Source: an uncultured Planctomycetota bacterium
GTDB taxonomy: Bacteria; Planctomycetota; Planctomycetia; Gemmatales; Gemmataceae
DNA: 64,000 bases
NCBI GenBank assembly: GCA_963827935.1
Contig: CAWHCN010000011.1
Location: 433,183-497,182, forward strand
Direction of reading: 5' to 3'
Positions 41,830 to 51,223 of the stretch are shown piece by piece. The notes beneath the pieces were generated by a model that saw nothing but the letters and a program-made list of their open reading frames with translations, did no database searches and was not told the DNA's origin. Numbering within the stretch: the stretch's first letter is position 1; every line of letters starts with the position of its first letter. The translations under genes and the position numbers were made by a program.

Positions 41830-42508
41830 CCGATTGCAGAATAGTGCCGGCCTCCGCAACGCGCGCCGCAAAGGCGGCGTTCGACCACGGCCAGGTCGGC
41901 GGATGGGCCGGCGGTGGTCCGGCGCCGGCGGCCCATTGCTCTGCCACATCGGGAATCGCTGCTGCAATAAGGACAGCCAAGTGGCCGGCGACAACCTGAT
42001 GGTCTCTTTGCAATCGCTTCGCCGGACCTGTACCCTCCCGGTAGTGCATCTCGTCGTACATCCAGTGGCGGAGGAAATTGTCTTCCTCAGGGGACAGTCT
42101 CATGAGGGGAGGCTTGCTCAGCATAAGTGTAGTTCCCCAGGGGCAGATAGGTGCCGGGCGCAGGAAACGGTAGCGCAAGGCCCAATCCGGTAGTGAAGTC
42201 GTCGCGGGCTCACCGTCCGCGTCTCGTTTTGTCTCTAACTCAGCTCGGCCATATCGAAAAACCGGCCAGCCGGATTCCGGGACCTGAACCTGCCCCTTAT
42301 CATCGAAGCCGATCAGGCCCCCGCAATAAGGACAGGCCAGAGCCGCGCCCGCCCGTTGCAGCACAAGCAGAACATAGCCGGGATCGGCCCTTCGCTGGGC
42401 CGGCACGCATTCCAGCAGCGCGTCCGCAAGATACCCGTTACACCAGAGGCAATAAATGCTCCAGTATGGCACGCCCGTTCCCTCACAAGGCGGATGCCCA
42501 CCTCTCAA
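41765..42508 (-). CDS. hypothetical Cys-rich protein; last gene of the Bat-like operon, C-terminus uncertain
   Basis: 247-aa ORF with CEGTG...CLWCNGYL...CPYCGG motifs. Its 3' end overlaps the convergent regulator gene by ~65 nt, suggesting an earlier true stop or a frameshift. Confidence 0.35.
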   Translation of the reverse strand: MRGGHPPCEGTGVPYWSIYCLWCNGYLADALLECVPAQRRADPGYVLLVLQRAGAALACPYCGGLIGFDDKGQVQVPESGWPVFRYGRAELETKRDADGEPATTSLPDWALRYRFLRPAPICPWGTTLMLSKPPLMRLSPEEDNFLRHWMYDEMHYREGTGPAKRLQRDHQVVAGHLAVLIAAAIPDVAEQWAAGAGPPPAHPPTWPWSNAAFAARVAEAGTILQSVRPPTPVESPAPPAGFAECRD

Positions 42509-42688
42509 TCACAGTAACAATCGCATTCCCCGCGCTCAATGCTTCGCTTGCGGAATGTCTTCCGCGCGGGTGCCGGACAGCGTGGCGCCTAGCCGAGCTT
42601 TTGGGATCGCTTGAGCAGTGACATGAGGGGCGCGACGGAGTGTAGCAGCCGCGCAAATCGGAAGTCAAGGGATCGCCTGAGGCGCAAT

Positions 42689-44683
42689 TCAGGCCACGGC
42701 CACGGGCAGGCTGGCAATGATCTGGCCCATGAGCTGTCGGGCATAGGCGTCCAGCTCGGCGGGAGCCGCGGTGACCAGGCCGGGGGCGAACTCGGCGGTT
42801 TCGCAGGTGTCGAGTAAGGCCGCAAGGGAGCGTGCCAGTCCAGAAGCCACGCCGCCCTGGCGCAGTGCGGCCTCGGCATCGCGCGAGGTCACCTCGCCGG
42901 TTGTCGTCAGAAAGTGGCGCCGCAGAAAGTCCTGAAGCGACTGGCGCACGCGGGCATAAGTCGGCGGCGGGGGCAGCGGCCCCGGACGGACCACAGGGAT
43001 CGCCACGGGCAGCGGCTCAGGAGGCGCGATGGGTGGGCGGCGCGATCGGCGCCATCGGCCCGCGACCCAGAGCATCGCACAGGTCATCAGGACCGCGGCC
43101 ATCGCCAGTTCTACCCACAGCATCACGCCGGCGGACCCGGAGTCGGACTCCGGGATCGCCTCCTCGATAGGCGGCGGAGGCGGCGCGGCGGCAGCGGGGG
43201 CCGGCGCCGGCGGCGGTGTGGCAGGCGTCAGATTGGGGGCCGGGGTCACCCGCAGGGGGATCGGTTCGCTCCGCGTGGTGGCGAAGTGCTTGGCCTGCGG
43301 ATCGAAGTAGCTGACCGGCACGGGCGGGATTTCGGTCACCTGCTCGTTGAGCGGCCGCAGGGTGTAGGTGAACTCGCGGGCCTTCTCGCCGGCCGAGTGC
43401 GCTTCGCCAGCGCGGACGCGGAAGCGCTGGGCAAACTCGGGCCGCGCCGCCAGGTCCGGGCCGCCCGCCGCAATCACCGACCCATTGCCCTCCAGGCGAA
43501 CCGTCAGCGTGAACGGCGTTCCGGCGGCCATCTCGGTGGCGCTGGCCTGGGCCGTGACGCGGACGTTGCCGACCACCCCGGTGAAATCGGCCGGCCTGCC
43601 GGCCTGGCGGCGCAGGTCCAGCACGGAGAACGTCAAAGGCGCACTGGCCGCGACAAACGGCTGCCACCGCCCCTTCCTGGCGTCCAGGGCCACGTACACC
43701 TCGCCGGCGGCGTGGGCCGGACCAAGGGTCACCTCGCCTCCCTCACGGAGGCGCAGCGGGATAGCCAGGCGGCGGCGGTAGCGGGCTGGGTCGAGGTCCG
43801 CCGCGCCGGCCGGCTCGTGCTCCAGCTTCACCTCCCCGGCGAAACCGTTCACCCGGAACCCGTGCTTGCCCGGCTCGATGGCGTTCGCCTGGACGAACTG
43901 CTCCAGCGGTTGTGCCAGCTCGAGCTGCGGCAAGCCGTCCAGCGCCGGCAGCGTCAGCGACATCTTGCTGAGCGGCAGGTAGGGATAGGTCTTGCCGCCA
44001 TAGACCACCTGGCCGCGCTCGATCAGCAGATCGAGGTACAACTTGACTTCCTCACCCACCTGCGGCGTCGCGTTGGACAGCGACAGCCCGACGCGAACCC
44101 ACGGTTGGGCCCGCGCCTCGGTCACCGTGATCGACAGCGGCTGGGTGGTAAGCGCCTGGCCACGCGTCGTGACGGTGAAGGCCGGGATCGCGAGCGGTCC
44201 CGGGCGCTGGGGAGTCACCAGATAGGTGAAGGAGTAATCGTTGGTGGTCAGTCCGGCGATGGCCTGGGCCGCCTGCATCTGACCGCGCAGCAGACTCGGG
44301 TCCCCGAGCAGCTGGGCCAGATCGGGATCGAGCTTGGCCGGGTCGGGCATTTGCCCCAGGCCGCGCAGGGCATTGACGAGGTGTTGCCCCCGCCCGGCGT
44401 GGAAGACGCCCTGGGCTTCCAGGTCGGCCGCCAGGGTTGGTACCACGGCCGGCGGACCCACGGCGGTCAGCGGCACGCCGGCAACCACCGGTGGCTTCAC
44501 CGTGGGCGCCTCCTCGGCACCACGCACGCGGACAGTCAGCAACACCGGTTGACCGACCTGAGCCTCCTTGCGATCGGCCTGCACCGTCACCCGCGGTGGT
44601 GCGGCCAAGGCCGGCGCAACCACCCAAAGCAGCGCAAGCAGGACGATGGTCGAGCGACTGAGGGGAGAACGGTGGCCGATCAT
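42689..44683 (-). CDS. batD: BatD-family protein (aerotolerance operon), signal peptide plus C-terminal TM
   Basis: Signal MIGHRSPLSRSTIVLLALLWVVAPALA. Long beta-rich extracellular region, Pro-rich linker, TM (VMLWVELAMAAVLMTCAMLWVAG) and a cytoplasmic tail, as in BatD. The ORF's N-terminal extension is read-through of a family A repeat. Confidence 0.65.
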   Translation of the reverse strand: MIGHRSPLSRSTIVLLALLWVVAPALAAPPRVTVQADRKEAQVGQPVLLTVRVRGAEEAPTVKPPVVAGVPLTAVGPPAVVPTLAADLEAQGVFHAGRGQHLVNALRGLGQMPDPAKLDPDLAQLLGDPSLLRGQMQAAQAIAGLTTNDYSFTYLVTPQRPGPLAIPAFTVTTRGQALTTQPLSITVTEARAQPWVRVGLSLSNATPQVGEEVKLYLDLLIERGQVVYGGKTYPYLPLSKMSLTLPALDGLPQLELAQPLEQFVQANAIEPGKHGFRVNGFAGEVKLEHEPAGAADLDPARYRRRLAIPLRLREGGEVTLGPAHAAGEVYVALDARKGRWQPFVAASAPLTFSVLDLRRQAGRPADFTGVVGNVRVTAQASATEMAAGTPFTLTVRLEGNGSVIAAGGPDLAARPEFAQRFRVRAGEAHSAGEKAREFTYTLRPLNEQVTEIPPVPVSYFDPQAKHFATTRSEPIPLRVTPAPNLTPATPPPAPAPAAAAPPPPPIEEAIPESDSGSAGVMLWVELAMAAVLMTCAMLWVAGRWRRSRRPPIAPPEPLPVAIPVVRPGPLPPPPTYARVRQSLQDFLRRHFLTTTGEVTSRDAEAALRQGGVASGLARSLAALLDTCETAEFAPGLVTAAPAELDAYARQLMGQIIASLPVAVA

Positions 44684-44721
44684 GGGGTCCTCGTCTACTG
44701 CGACTGCGCAGTCAAGGCTTC

Positions 44722-44803
44722 CGGGTGGCACGCCCTGAGGTAATCCGAAGGGCGTGCTACACTGACTGCACGCCCTTCGGATTACCTCAGGGCGTGCCAC
44801 CCT
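44722..44803. repeat. family A palindromic repeat pair (variant TAATCC)
   Basis: gggtggcacgccctgaggtaatccgaagggcgtgc tacactgact gcacgcccttcggattacctcagggcgtgccaccc. Confidence 0.8.
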
Positions 44804-44824
44804 CGCTAAACGTCAGCGCATTGG

Positions 44825-46293
44825 TCACGCACTCCTCAATAAAGTGCATTCACCAATCCCGCTTGAGGCCCGAGCCTGGATCGTCGTGCTTTCCGGCTTC
44901 CGGAAGACGGCGGCTGTCGCGGCCGAGCTGGATGCGCTGCACCGCCTGGCGCAGCGCCGCGCCGCCGCTCGCTCCACGGGATCGCCGCTGCCGTCAACCA
45001 GGTCAGCGTCCGGAGCTGCGCCGAACTGACCCGGGCCGCTGCGGCCCTGCCCCGCGATCGCACCTCCCGGGCCCTGCCCGGTCCGGTCGTTGGGCCGCAG
45101 CGTTCCCGGCTTGAAGAGTTTGTCAACCTCGGCAGGCGAAGGTGGTTCCTGGTTATTGACTTGTTGACCCGCATCGCCGGGAGCCCCGGGGCGTGTGCCG
45201 TCCTTGCCGCCGGGTTGCGGAGGTTGCGGATCGTTCTTCGCCCCCTGGCCGCCGCCAGACTGCCCATCGCGCGACGAGCTGGTCTGCTGATCCTTGGTGC
45301 TGCCGTCGCTGCCCGGCTTCGTGCCTTCGGCTGTACTTTTCTTGTCGGCCCGGGCGTTCTCGTCCACGGGGCCGGTGCCCGGATCCTTAGCGTCGCCGAC
45401 GCCGTTCTTTTGGCCGGGGTTGGGCTTGCCGCCCTGGCCGGGCTTACCAGGCCCGGAACCTGGATCGGGATGCTTGGCCTCCTGCGGACTTTTCCCCTGG
45501 CCGCGTGCTTGCCCGTTGTCCGCCTGCCCCGGGTTCGGTTTGGGGCCGTCGCCCTGGTTCGATGGAGAAGGTCCCGGTCCCTTGCCGGGGTTCTTCTTGC
45601 ACTTCGGGCAGCCGCCCCGCTTGCACTCCTTGGCTTGCTGGTCCTTCTGCTCCGCCTTGTCCGACTTCTTCTCGGCATCGGCAGTCTTCGGCTGGCCGTT
45701 CTTTTCAGGAGGATGTGCGGCATTGGCGGGCGAGAAGGGGTCGTCCGCGGCAGGTGCCGGCTTGTCCGCATCGGGTTTGTCGCTGTCGGGGCTTGCCGGT
45801 GCGAGCTGGGCAAACTCCGCGAGGATGAGCTTGGCCAGCTCCAGGTTATGCCGGGCATCGTCGAAGAGCGGACCGGCGGGCGGGACCTGATCCTCCAGCG
45901 CCAGGCAAGTCTCGTAGCGGGCAACCGCCTGCTCCAGCAGTGCCGGATCGGCCGTCCCCTCCTCCGCGCACCCCTGAGCGAAGGCACAGTTGCCCCGGTC
46001 GTAGGCGGCGCGGGCGGCATGGGCGGGTTGGTCGTCGGCCGAGCGCCGATAGCCACGGTCGGCGTCGTCGAAGCGAGCCTGGCGATAGATCGCCGCCGCT
46101 CGGTTGGCGGCTGCCTGGGAGTGGTCCGCGCGCTCGGCTCCGCCTGGCGGAAGCGGGCCTCGGCGCGGGCGAAGTCGCCGGCATTGTAAGCGGCCAGGCC
46201 CGCCGCTGACGCGGTATCCGCCGGCCGGTCAAGCCGCCGACCCGCTTCCAGGAGCACCAGCCCGATCACTAATCCGATCAAGATGCGTTTCAC
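44825..46293 (-). pseudogene. BatC/BatE-like TPR protein with a long low-complexity Lys/Pro/Gly/Asp-rich tail; at least 1 frameshift (~46135)
   Basis: GTG start. Signal/TM KRILIGLVIGLVLL. TPR AAGLAAYNAGDFARAEARFRQAE. After a -1 shift: ERADHSQAAANRAAAIYRQARFDDADRGYRRSA...AVARYETCLALEDQ (TPR), then a K/P/G/D-rich tail with CKRGGCPKCKK. Confidence 0.55.
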
Positions 46294-46299
46294 GACCGC

Positions 46300-46512
46300 G
46301 TTCCTTTCCTCTTAGCAGCTTGCGACGGTGCAACGGCGCAGCTGATTCGTTGCATCCTTGCAGTGCAAGCTTGCAACGATGCAACGGTGCAGCTGATTCG
46401 TTGCATCGTTGCATGCATTGCATGAATTGCACTGCAATGCATGCATTGCAGTGCAATGCAGGGCTGATGGGATGGCTGCAACGGTGCAACGATGCAATGC
46501 CATCCATCTCCT
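46300..46512. repeat. TGCA-rich repetitive intergenic element inside the Bat operon (49-bp direct repeat plus reiterated TTGCA/TGCAA palindromic words)
   Basis: gcaacggtgcagctgattcgttgcatc occurs twice, then ttgcatgcattgcatgaattgcactgcaatgcatgcattgcagtgcaatgcagg. It is AT-richer than the genome. Confidence 0.7.
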
Positions 46513-47652
46513 TCACGCCGAACTCTCGCCCCGATATTCCTGCGCGAGAGGAGAAGCCTTCCGGCGGCGTCCCAACCAGGTGAAGTACCCCGTACCCCGG
46601 GGCGCCTGGTTACCAGTGCGAGCATCGCGCAGCAGGAATTCTAACAGAAGCAGCGCCAGCGCGGGTAGCAGGAAGAGCTGGTAGCGCTGCTTGAAGCGTG
46701 GACCGTGGCTGTCGGCCTCCAGCTTCCGCTGCGTTTTCGAGGCCATCAGCTCTTCCAACCAGCGATCCAGCTCGACAAATCCGGTGCCGACGCTCAGGTA
46801 TTCGCCCCCGGTCCGCTGGGCGATGCGGCGCAGGACATCCTCTTCCAGGTAAGTGCGGACCGGTTGGCCCTGAAATTCGAGGTGGCCCCGTCGGCCGTCG
46901 CGACCGACCACCGGGATGAAGACGCCGGGCGACGGACCGCCCAGGCCGATGGCGTGGACGGGCACTCCGAGGTCCTTCAGCTCGTCCGCGGCGGTCAGCG
47001 TATCCTCTTCCATGTCGCCGCCGTCGGAAATCAGCAGGACGTCGGTGTAAGGAGCCACCTGCCGCGGGATGGCCTGGGCTGCCCGGTGCAGGGCCAGGCC
47101 GATCTCGGTGCCGCCTTCGCCGCCGTTATCGCCACGCCGGCGCAGCGTGTCCACGGAGGCCCGGGCTAGCTCTTCCTCGAAACAGCGAAAATCGGTGGTA
47201 AGCGGGCAAAGGAGGGAAGCACGATCGGCAAAGGCGACCAGTCCGATGCGATAGCCGCCCTGCCGTTCGAGGCTGGCGGCCAGGTCGCGGATGTCGGCCT
47301 TGGCACGGGCCAGGCGGCTGGGGGCCACGTCCTCGGCGAGCATGCTGCGGCTCACGTCCAGGACGATCATGACGTCCCGGCCCTGGGTCGATGGCTCGGA
47401 TGGCTCTTCGGCAATCTGGCCCCACTGCGGGCCGAGGAGGGCGAAGGCCGCCAGTCCCGCCGCTGCGAGGAGCAGCCCGGCCTTGGCCAGGCGCCGCGGC
47501 CGACTAACCAGGAGCAGTGGTTTGGTGGTAGGCTCGTCTGCCAATCGGCGCAGCGCGCGGCGGCGGCGCAGCCAGGCCAGGGCCAGCAGGCCGGCCATCG
47601 CGCCCACGACGAGAACACTCGCCGGGGTCAGGAGGGGATAGGCGTAGTGCAT
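46513..47652 (-). CDS. batB: BatB-like von Willebrand factor A protein
   Basis: N-terminal TM. vWA MIDAS: VMIVLDVSRSMLAEDVAPSRL...GTEIGLAL...LLISDGGD. C-terminal TM. Confidence 0.75.
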   Translation of the reverse strand: MHYAYPLLTPASVLVVGAMAGLLALAWLRRRRALRRLADEPTTKPLLLVSRPRRLAKAGLLLAAAGLAAFALLGPQWGQIAEEPSEPSTQGRDVMIVLDVSRSMLAEDVAPSRLARAKADIRDLAASLERQGGYRIGLVAFADRASLLCPLTTDFRCFEEELARASVDTLRRRGDNGGEGGTEIGLALHRAAQAIPRQVAPYTDVLLISDGGDMEEDTLTAADELKDLGVPVHAIGLGGPSPGVFIPVVGRDGRRGHLEFQGQPVRTYLEEDVLRRIAQRTGGEYLSVGTGFVELDRWLEELMASKTQRKLEADSHGPRFKQRYQLFLLPALALLLLEFLLRDARTGNQAPRGTGYFTWLGRRRKASPLAQEYRGESSA

Positions 47653-47703
47653 CGTTCCACCGATCACGCCGCCACATCGTTCCGCGCGAAACGATGAATC
47701 AGC

Positions 47704-47829
47704 TCAGCGTCCGGCCACATGCCCGACCAGCATGTACAGCCACACAAGGCTGCTGGCGAACACAGCAATCACCAAGAAGGCCAGGGGACAGGAGCGATCC
47801 TCCGCCGTGGTTGGGATTCTGGTCTGCAT
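47704..47829 (-). CDS. possible small membrane peptide between batA and batB
   Basis: MQTRIPTTAEDRSCPLAFLVIAVFASSLVWLYMLVGHVAGR, 41 aa with one TM. Confidence 0.2.
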   Translation of the reverse strand: MQTRIPTTAEDRSCPLAFLVIAVFASSLVWLYMLVGHVAGR

Positions 47830-47867
47830 TGGGAAGCCCTCTCTCCGCGTTCCGAAAAAAACCTGCC

Positions 47868-48893
47868 TCACGGGATTCGTAGCAGCCGGCCGGCGGCCAG
47901 CGTCTGTTCCACAAGCAAGAGAACGACGGCCGGCAGCAGTGCGGCCAGGAACCACTCGCCGTGGGTGACACGCACCGTCCGTTCCATGTGTGTCGTTTCC
48001 AGGCGGTCGATTTCCTGGTAAATGTCCGCCAGGCCGTTGGTATCCGTGGCCCGGTAATACTGTCCGCCGGCGCGGGCGGCCATTTGCTGCATCAGCGGCT
48101 CGTCCACCGAGTCGCCCGCCAGCCGCAACCCCTGGGCCTGGCGCAGCATGTCGGCCAGCGTCTGGGCCGGCTTGCCGAAGCGGTTGCCCACGGCGCCGAT
48201 GGTGTAGACCTTGATCTTCAGGTCCGCCGCGAGCTGGGCCGCTTCCACAGGCGGCATGCCTTCCTTGACGTTGTGTCCGCCGTCGGTCAACAGGACGACC
48301 ACCTTTTGCCGGGTCGGATCGTCCCGCAGACGGTCCAGGGCCCAGGCCAGGGCGTCGCCGATGTTGGTGCCGACCGGCGGGGCGAGCTTGATGTCGTTGA
48401 CGGCGTCGAGCACCGCCTGGTGATCGAGCGTGAGGGGGCAGACGACATCGGGATCGCGGGCAAAGGTAATGACGCCGACCTTGTCGTTGGGCCGTCCCGC
48501 CAGGCCGTGCTCGCCGCCGGCGACGAACAAGCGCACGGCGTGTTTGACCGCATCCAGCCGCGAGATCGACTCGTCACCAAGGTCGTAATCGCGGTTGCGC
48601 ATGCTGTAGCTGTTGTCAATGACCAGCTGGATAGCGATGCCGTCCGCATGCGTTTGTTCCAATGCGTTACTTGTCTGCGGTCGGGCCAGGGCGACGATTA
48701 CGAGCGCCAGCACGCCCGCCCGCAGGGCAGCCATAATCAGAGGGCCCCAGTGCGCCCAACCCGCAGGCAGCCGACCCGCCAACCCGAGTGCCGAGAATCG
48801 CGCCGCACCGCGCCGCCCGGGACGGAGCGACCACCACAGGGCCAAAGGCACCAGGGGCAGCAGCAGGAAGGCCTCGGGGTTCGCGAAGCGCAT
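47868..48893 (-). CDS. batA: BatA-like von Willebrand factor A protein
   Basis: MRFANPEAFLLLPLVPLALWW TM. vWA MIDAS: IAIQLVIDNSYSMRNRDY...GTNIGDALAWA...VVVLLTDGGHN. C-terminal TM. Confidence 0.8.
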   Translation of the reverse strand: MRFANPEAFLLLPLVPLALWWSLRPGRRGAARFSALGLAGRLPAGWAHWGPLIMAALRAGVLALVIVALARPQTSNALEQTHADGIAIQLVIDNSYSMRNRDYDLGDESISRLDAVKHAVRLFVAGGEHGLAGRPNDKVGVITFARDPDVVCPLTLDHQAVLDAVNDIKLAPPVGTNIGDALAWALDRLRDDPTRQKVVVLLTDGGHNVKEGMPPVEAAQLAADLKIKVYTIGAVGNRFGKPAQTLADMLRQAQGLRLAGDSVDEPLMQQMAARAGGQYYRATDTNGLADIYQEIDRLETTHMERTVRVTHGEWFLAALLPAVVLLLVEQTLAAGRLLRIP

Positions 48894-49054
48894 CGGGGAG
48901 AGCCCGGGCGAAATGGGGAGAATGGGCGGCAACGTCCTGTCGCGACAACCGTGCCTTTGGTGCCGTCTCTACTATAGTTCACGAATGTGAGGGAAGCGAG
49001 GAATGTGCCGATTCTTCGGGCTGCCCGGGCAACTCCGATCCAGCAGGCGTGAAC

Positions 49055-49801
49055 ATGCGTATCATTCCGGTGCTCGACCTCAAGAACGGCGTCGTAGTAC
49101 GCGGTGTGGGGGGACGTTGAGACGAGTATCGGCCCGTCGTCAGCCGGCTCACGTCCTCACCCGACCCAATGGCCGTGGCCCGCGCCTTCCGCGATCACCT
49201 GGGCCTGGTCGAACTCTACCTCGCCGACCTCGACGCGATCGCCGGGGCCCGGCCGGCCACGGCGCTGTATGCGGAGCTGGTTGCCGCGGGGACCGTCCTC
49301 TGGGTGGACGCCGGAATCCGCTACTGCACCGAACTGCCCCAGGTGGCAGCGACCGGCGTGCAGCGGATCGTGGTCGGCCTGGAGACCATTCTCGGCCCCC
49401 AGGAACTGGCCCTCTGTTCTTGCGAACTGGGCGAGCGGCTCGTCTTCTCGCTCGACTTGAAAGAGGGCCGGCCCCTAGGCGCTCCCTGCTTCTGGGAGAG
49501 TTCAGACGTTCTCGGCATCGCCGCTGAGGCCATCGACCTCGGCGTCCGGCGAATCCTGGTGCTCGACCTGGCCCGGGTGGGCGAACGGCAAGGGACCGGG
49601 ACCGAGGAGTTGTGCGCCGCCCTGGCCGCGCGACATGGCGGTGTGGAGCTGGTCGCCGGTGGAGGCATTCGGGGGCTGGACGATCTGCGGCGGCTGCAGG
49701 CCTGCGGCGTTTGCGCCGCCCTGGTGGCGTCGGCCTTGCACGATGGCTCGCTAACACGCTCCGACCTGGATCAGCTACGGCCGCCACTCGACGGTCGCTG
49801 A
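49055..49801 (+). CDS. HisA/HisF-family TIM-barrel protein with an in-frame TGA at 49118-49120
   Basis: MRIIPVLDLKNGVVVRGVGGR-TGA-DEYRPVVSRLTSSPDPMAVARAFRDHLGLVELYLADLDAI...VDAG...GGGIRGLDDLRRL. The same frame runs before and after the stop. Confidence 0.6.
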
Positions 49802-49804
49802 TTG

Positions 49805-50482
49805 CCCAATCTCGTTCCCAAACTCCGTTTGGGAACGCCGGAGCGAAACTCTGTTTCGCGTCCGCAGATTGGAGCCGCTTACGTCAGCGCCAGTCCGTGA
49901 TCACATCGATCAGGCCCAGAACGCCTGCATAATTGCGCGCTGGAACAGCGCCAATGCACGGGATCGTCAACATATCCGCGCTTTACCGGGTTATAATGAG
50001 CATATTCCAGTTTCTGGATCATCATCTCGTCGTCCTTGATCTGCTTGGGTTTGCTGCCCTCCTCCCAGACCTGGTAATCACTGTTTGTCTTGTGCCGTAG
50101 CTTGAGCGCGCGAAGTTGCTTCAGAAGAACCGTGGCCCCACGAGCCTCCAGCAGATCGACGATCTGACGCGCGGTGTACATCTTGAAGCTCTTGATGACG
50201 CTCGAGATGTCCGGCGCCGATGCGATAAGGTGCAGATGATTCTCGAGGATGACGTAGCCATACAGGCGAAAGTCCTTTTCCTTCCTCAAGAAGTTCCACG
50301 AGTCGAACACGATTTGAACGGCTTCAGGCCGCGTGAATACAGCGAGCCAGCCGACGATCGTACAGGTCAAGAAGTAGGGGTATTCGTTCTCGTAAAATCG
50401 GTAGCGAGTGCGGGTCATGGGAAGCCTCGCAAACGCGAAACGGAGTTTCGCGGGGTGCGTTCCCAAACGGAGTTTGGGAACG
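49805..50482. mobile_element. REP-RAYT-REP unit (REPtron-like): IS200-like tyrosine transposase flanked by inverted palindromic REP pairs, with 58-bp direct repeats outside
   Basis: Left end: gttcccaaactccgtttgggaacgc...gagcgaaactctgtttcgcg. Right end: cgcgaaacggagtttcgcg...gcgttcccaaacggagtttgggaacg. The flanks 49742-49800 and 50487-50545 are identical except for 1 mismatch. Confidence 0.7.
49879..50418 (-). CDS. REP-associated tyrosine transposase (RAYT, IS200/IS605 Y1 family)
   Basis: MTRTRYRFYENEYPYFLTCTIVGW...RLYGYVILENHLHLIASAPDISSVIKSFKMYTARQI has the HxH motif and the catalytic Tyr. Confidence 0.8.
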   Translation of the reverse strand: MTRTRYRFYENEYPYFLTCTIVGWLAVFTRPEAVQIVFDSWNFLRKEKDFRLYGYVILENHLHLIASAPDISSVIKSFKMYTARQIVDLLEARGATVLLKQLRALKLRHKTNSDYQVWEEGSKPKQIKDDEMMIQKLEYAHYNPVKRGYVDDPVHWRCSSAQLCRRSGPDRCDHGLALT

Positions 50483-50516
50483 AGGTGAGGGGCTAACACG
50501 CTCCGACCTGGATCAG

Positions 50517-51005
50517 CTATGGCCGCCACTCGACGGTCGCTGATTGCCCGATATTCTCTTCCACTTCAACGCGCAGCACCTCGGGAACGAACTGATGGTG
50601 CTTGCGCAGGTCCTCCAGCAGCCGCTGGGCGATGTAGCGGGCCAACAACTCGGCGGTGGTGTTCTCGATGGGCAGCAGGACGCAATCGTCCCGCGGAAAG
50701 AGCCACTGCCGGTCGCGATAGCGAACGCTGACGCCGCGCGCACCTTCCTCCAGGACGATGTGCGGATTGCGAGTGGCCAGCATCATGCGATGGTCCAGCT
50801 CATCGGTGATGGCCTTGGTGCGGTGCTTGAGGGCGATGAAGTCGAAGACGTACTGGTTTTTGTCGAGGGGACCCTCAATCTCGACCGCGGCGCGGTAGTT
50901 GTGGCCGTGCAGCCGTTCGCAACGGTCGCCCTCATAGCTGATGAAGTGCCCGCTACAGAACACCAGGTGGTCCTTCGTGACTCGGACCTTGAAGCGCTCG
51001 GACAT
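50517..51005 (-). CDS. queD: 6-carboxytetrahydropterin synthase QueD / 6-pyruvoyl-tetrahydropterin synthase family
   Basis: CSGHFISYEGDRCERLHGHNY carries the CxxxHGH zinc motif. Confidence 0.75.
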   Translation of the reverse strand: MSERFKVRVTKDHLVFCSGHFISYEGDRCERLHGHNYRAAVEIEGPLDKNQYVFDFIALKHRTKAITDELDHRMMLATRNPHIVLEEGARGVSVRYRDRQWLFPRDDCVLLPIENTTAELLARYIAQRLLEDLRKHHQFVPEVLRVEVEENIGQSATVEWRP

Positions 51006-51223
51006 GGGAAGCTGGGTCGGGATGACGGTTTCGCAACTCACGGGGTCTATCTTACGAATCCAGGGTGAAGAGGTCGAATGGGGGGTGACCGGATCGCGTT
51101 ACCCGGATTGGCCATTTCGCCAGTCTTGGCCACCGCCTGCGGCAAGAGCTCTTTAGAGAAACTCGAATAAAGTTCGCGCCGCCGCGTGCCGATGGACAGA
51201 AGAGTCGATACTCTCGGCCCATC

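Noticed and set aside
46229-46625. Small Cys/His-rich ORFs (CNGAADSLHRCMHCMNC...) in the TGCA-repeat region as a possible RiPP precursor.
   Set aside because: All three frames on both strands give similar Cys/His/Ala/Met-rich peptides because the DNA is a TGCA/GCA repeat. No RBS, leader/core organisation or modifying enzymes are nearby.
49118-49120. Selenocysteine (UGA recoding) in the HisA-like gene.
   Set aside because: There is no SECIS-like stem-loop immediately downstream. The position corresponds to a conserved Gly/Asp region, not a redox Cys. HisA is not a known selenoprotein.
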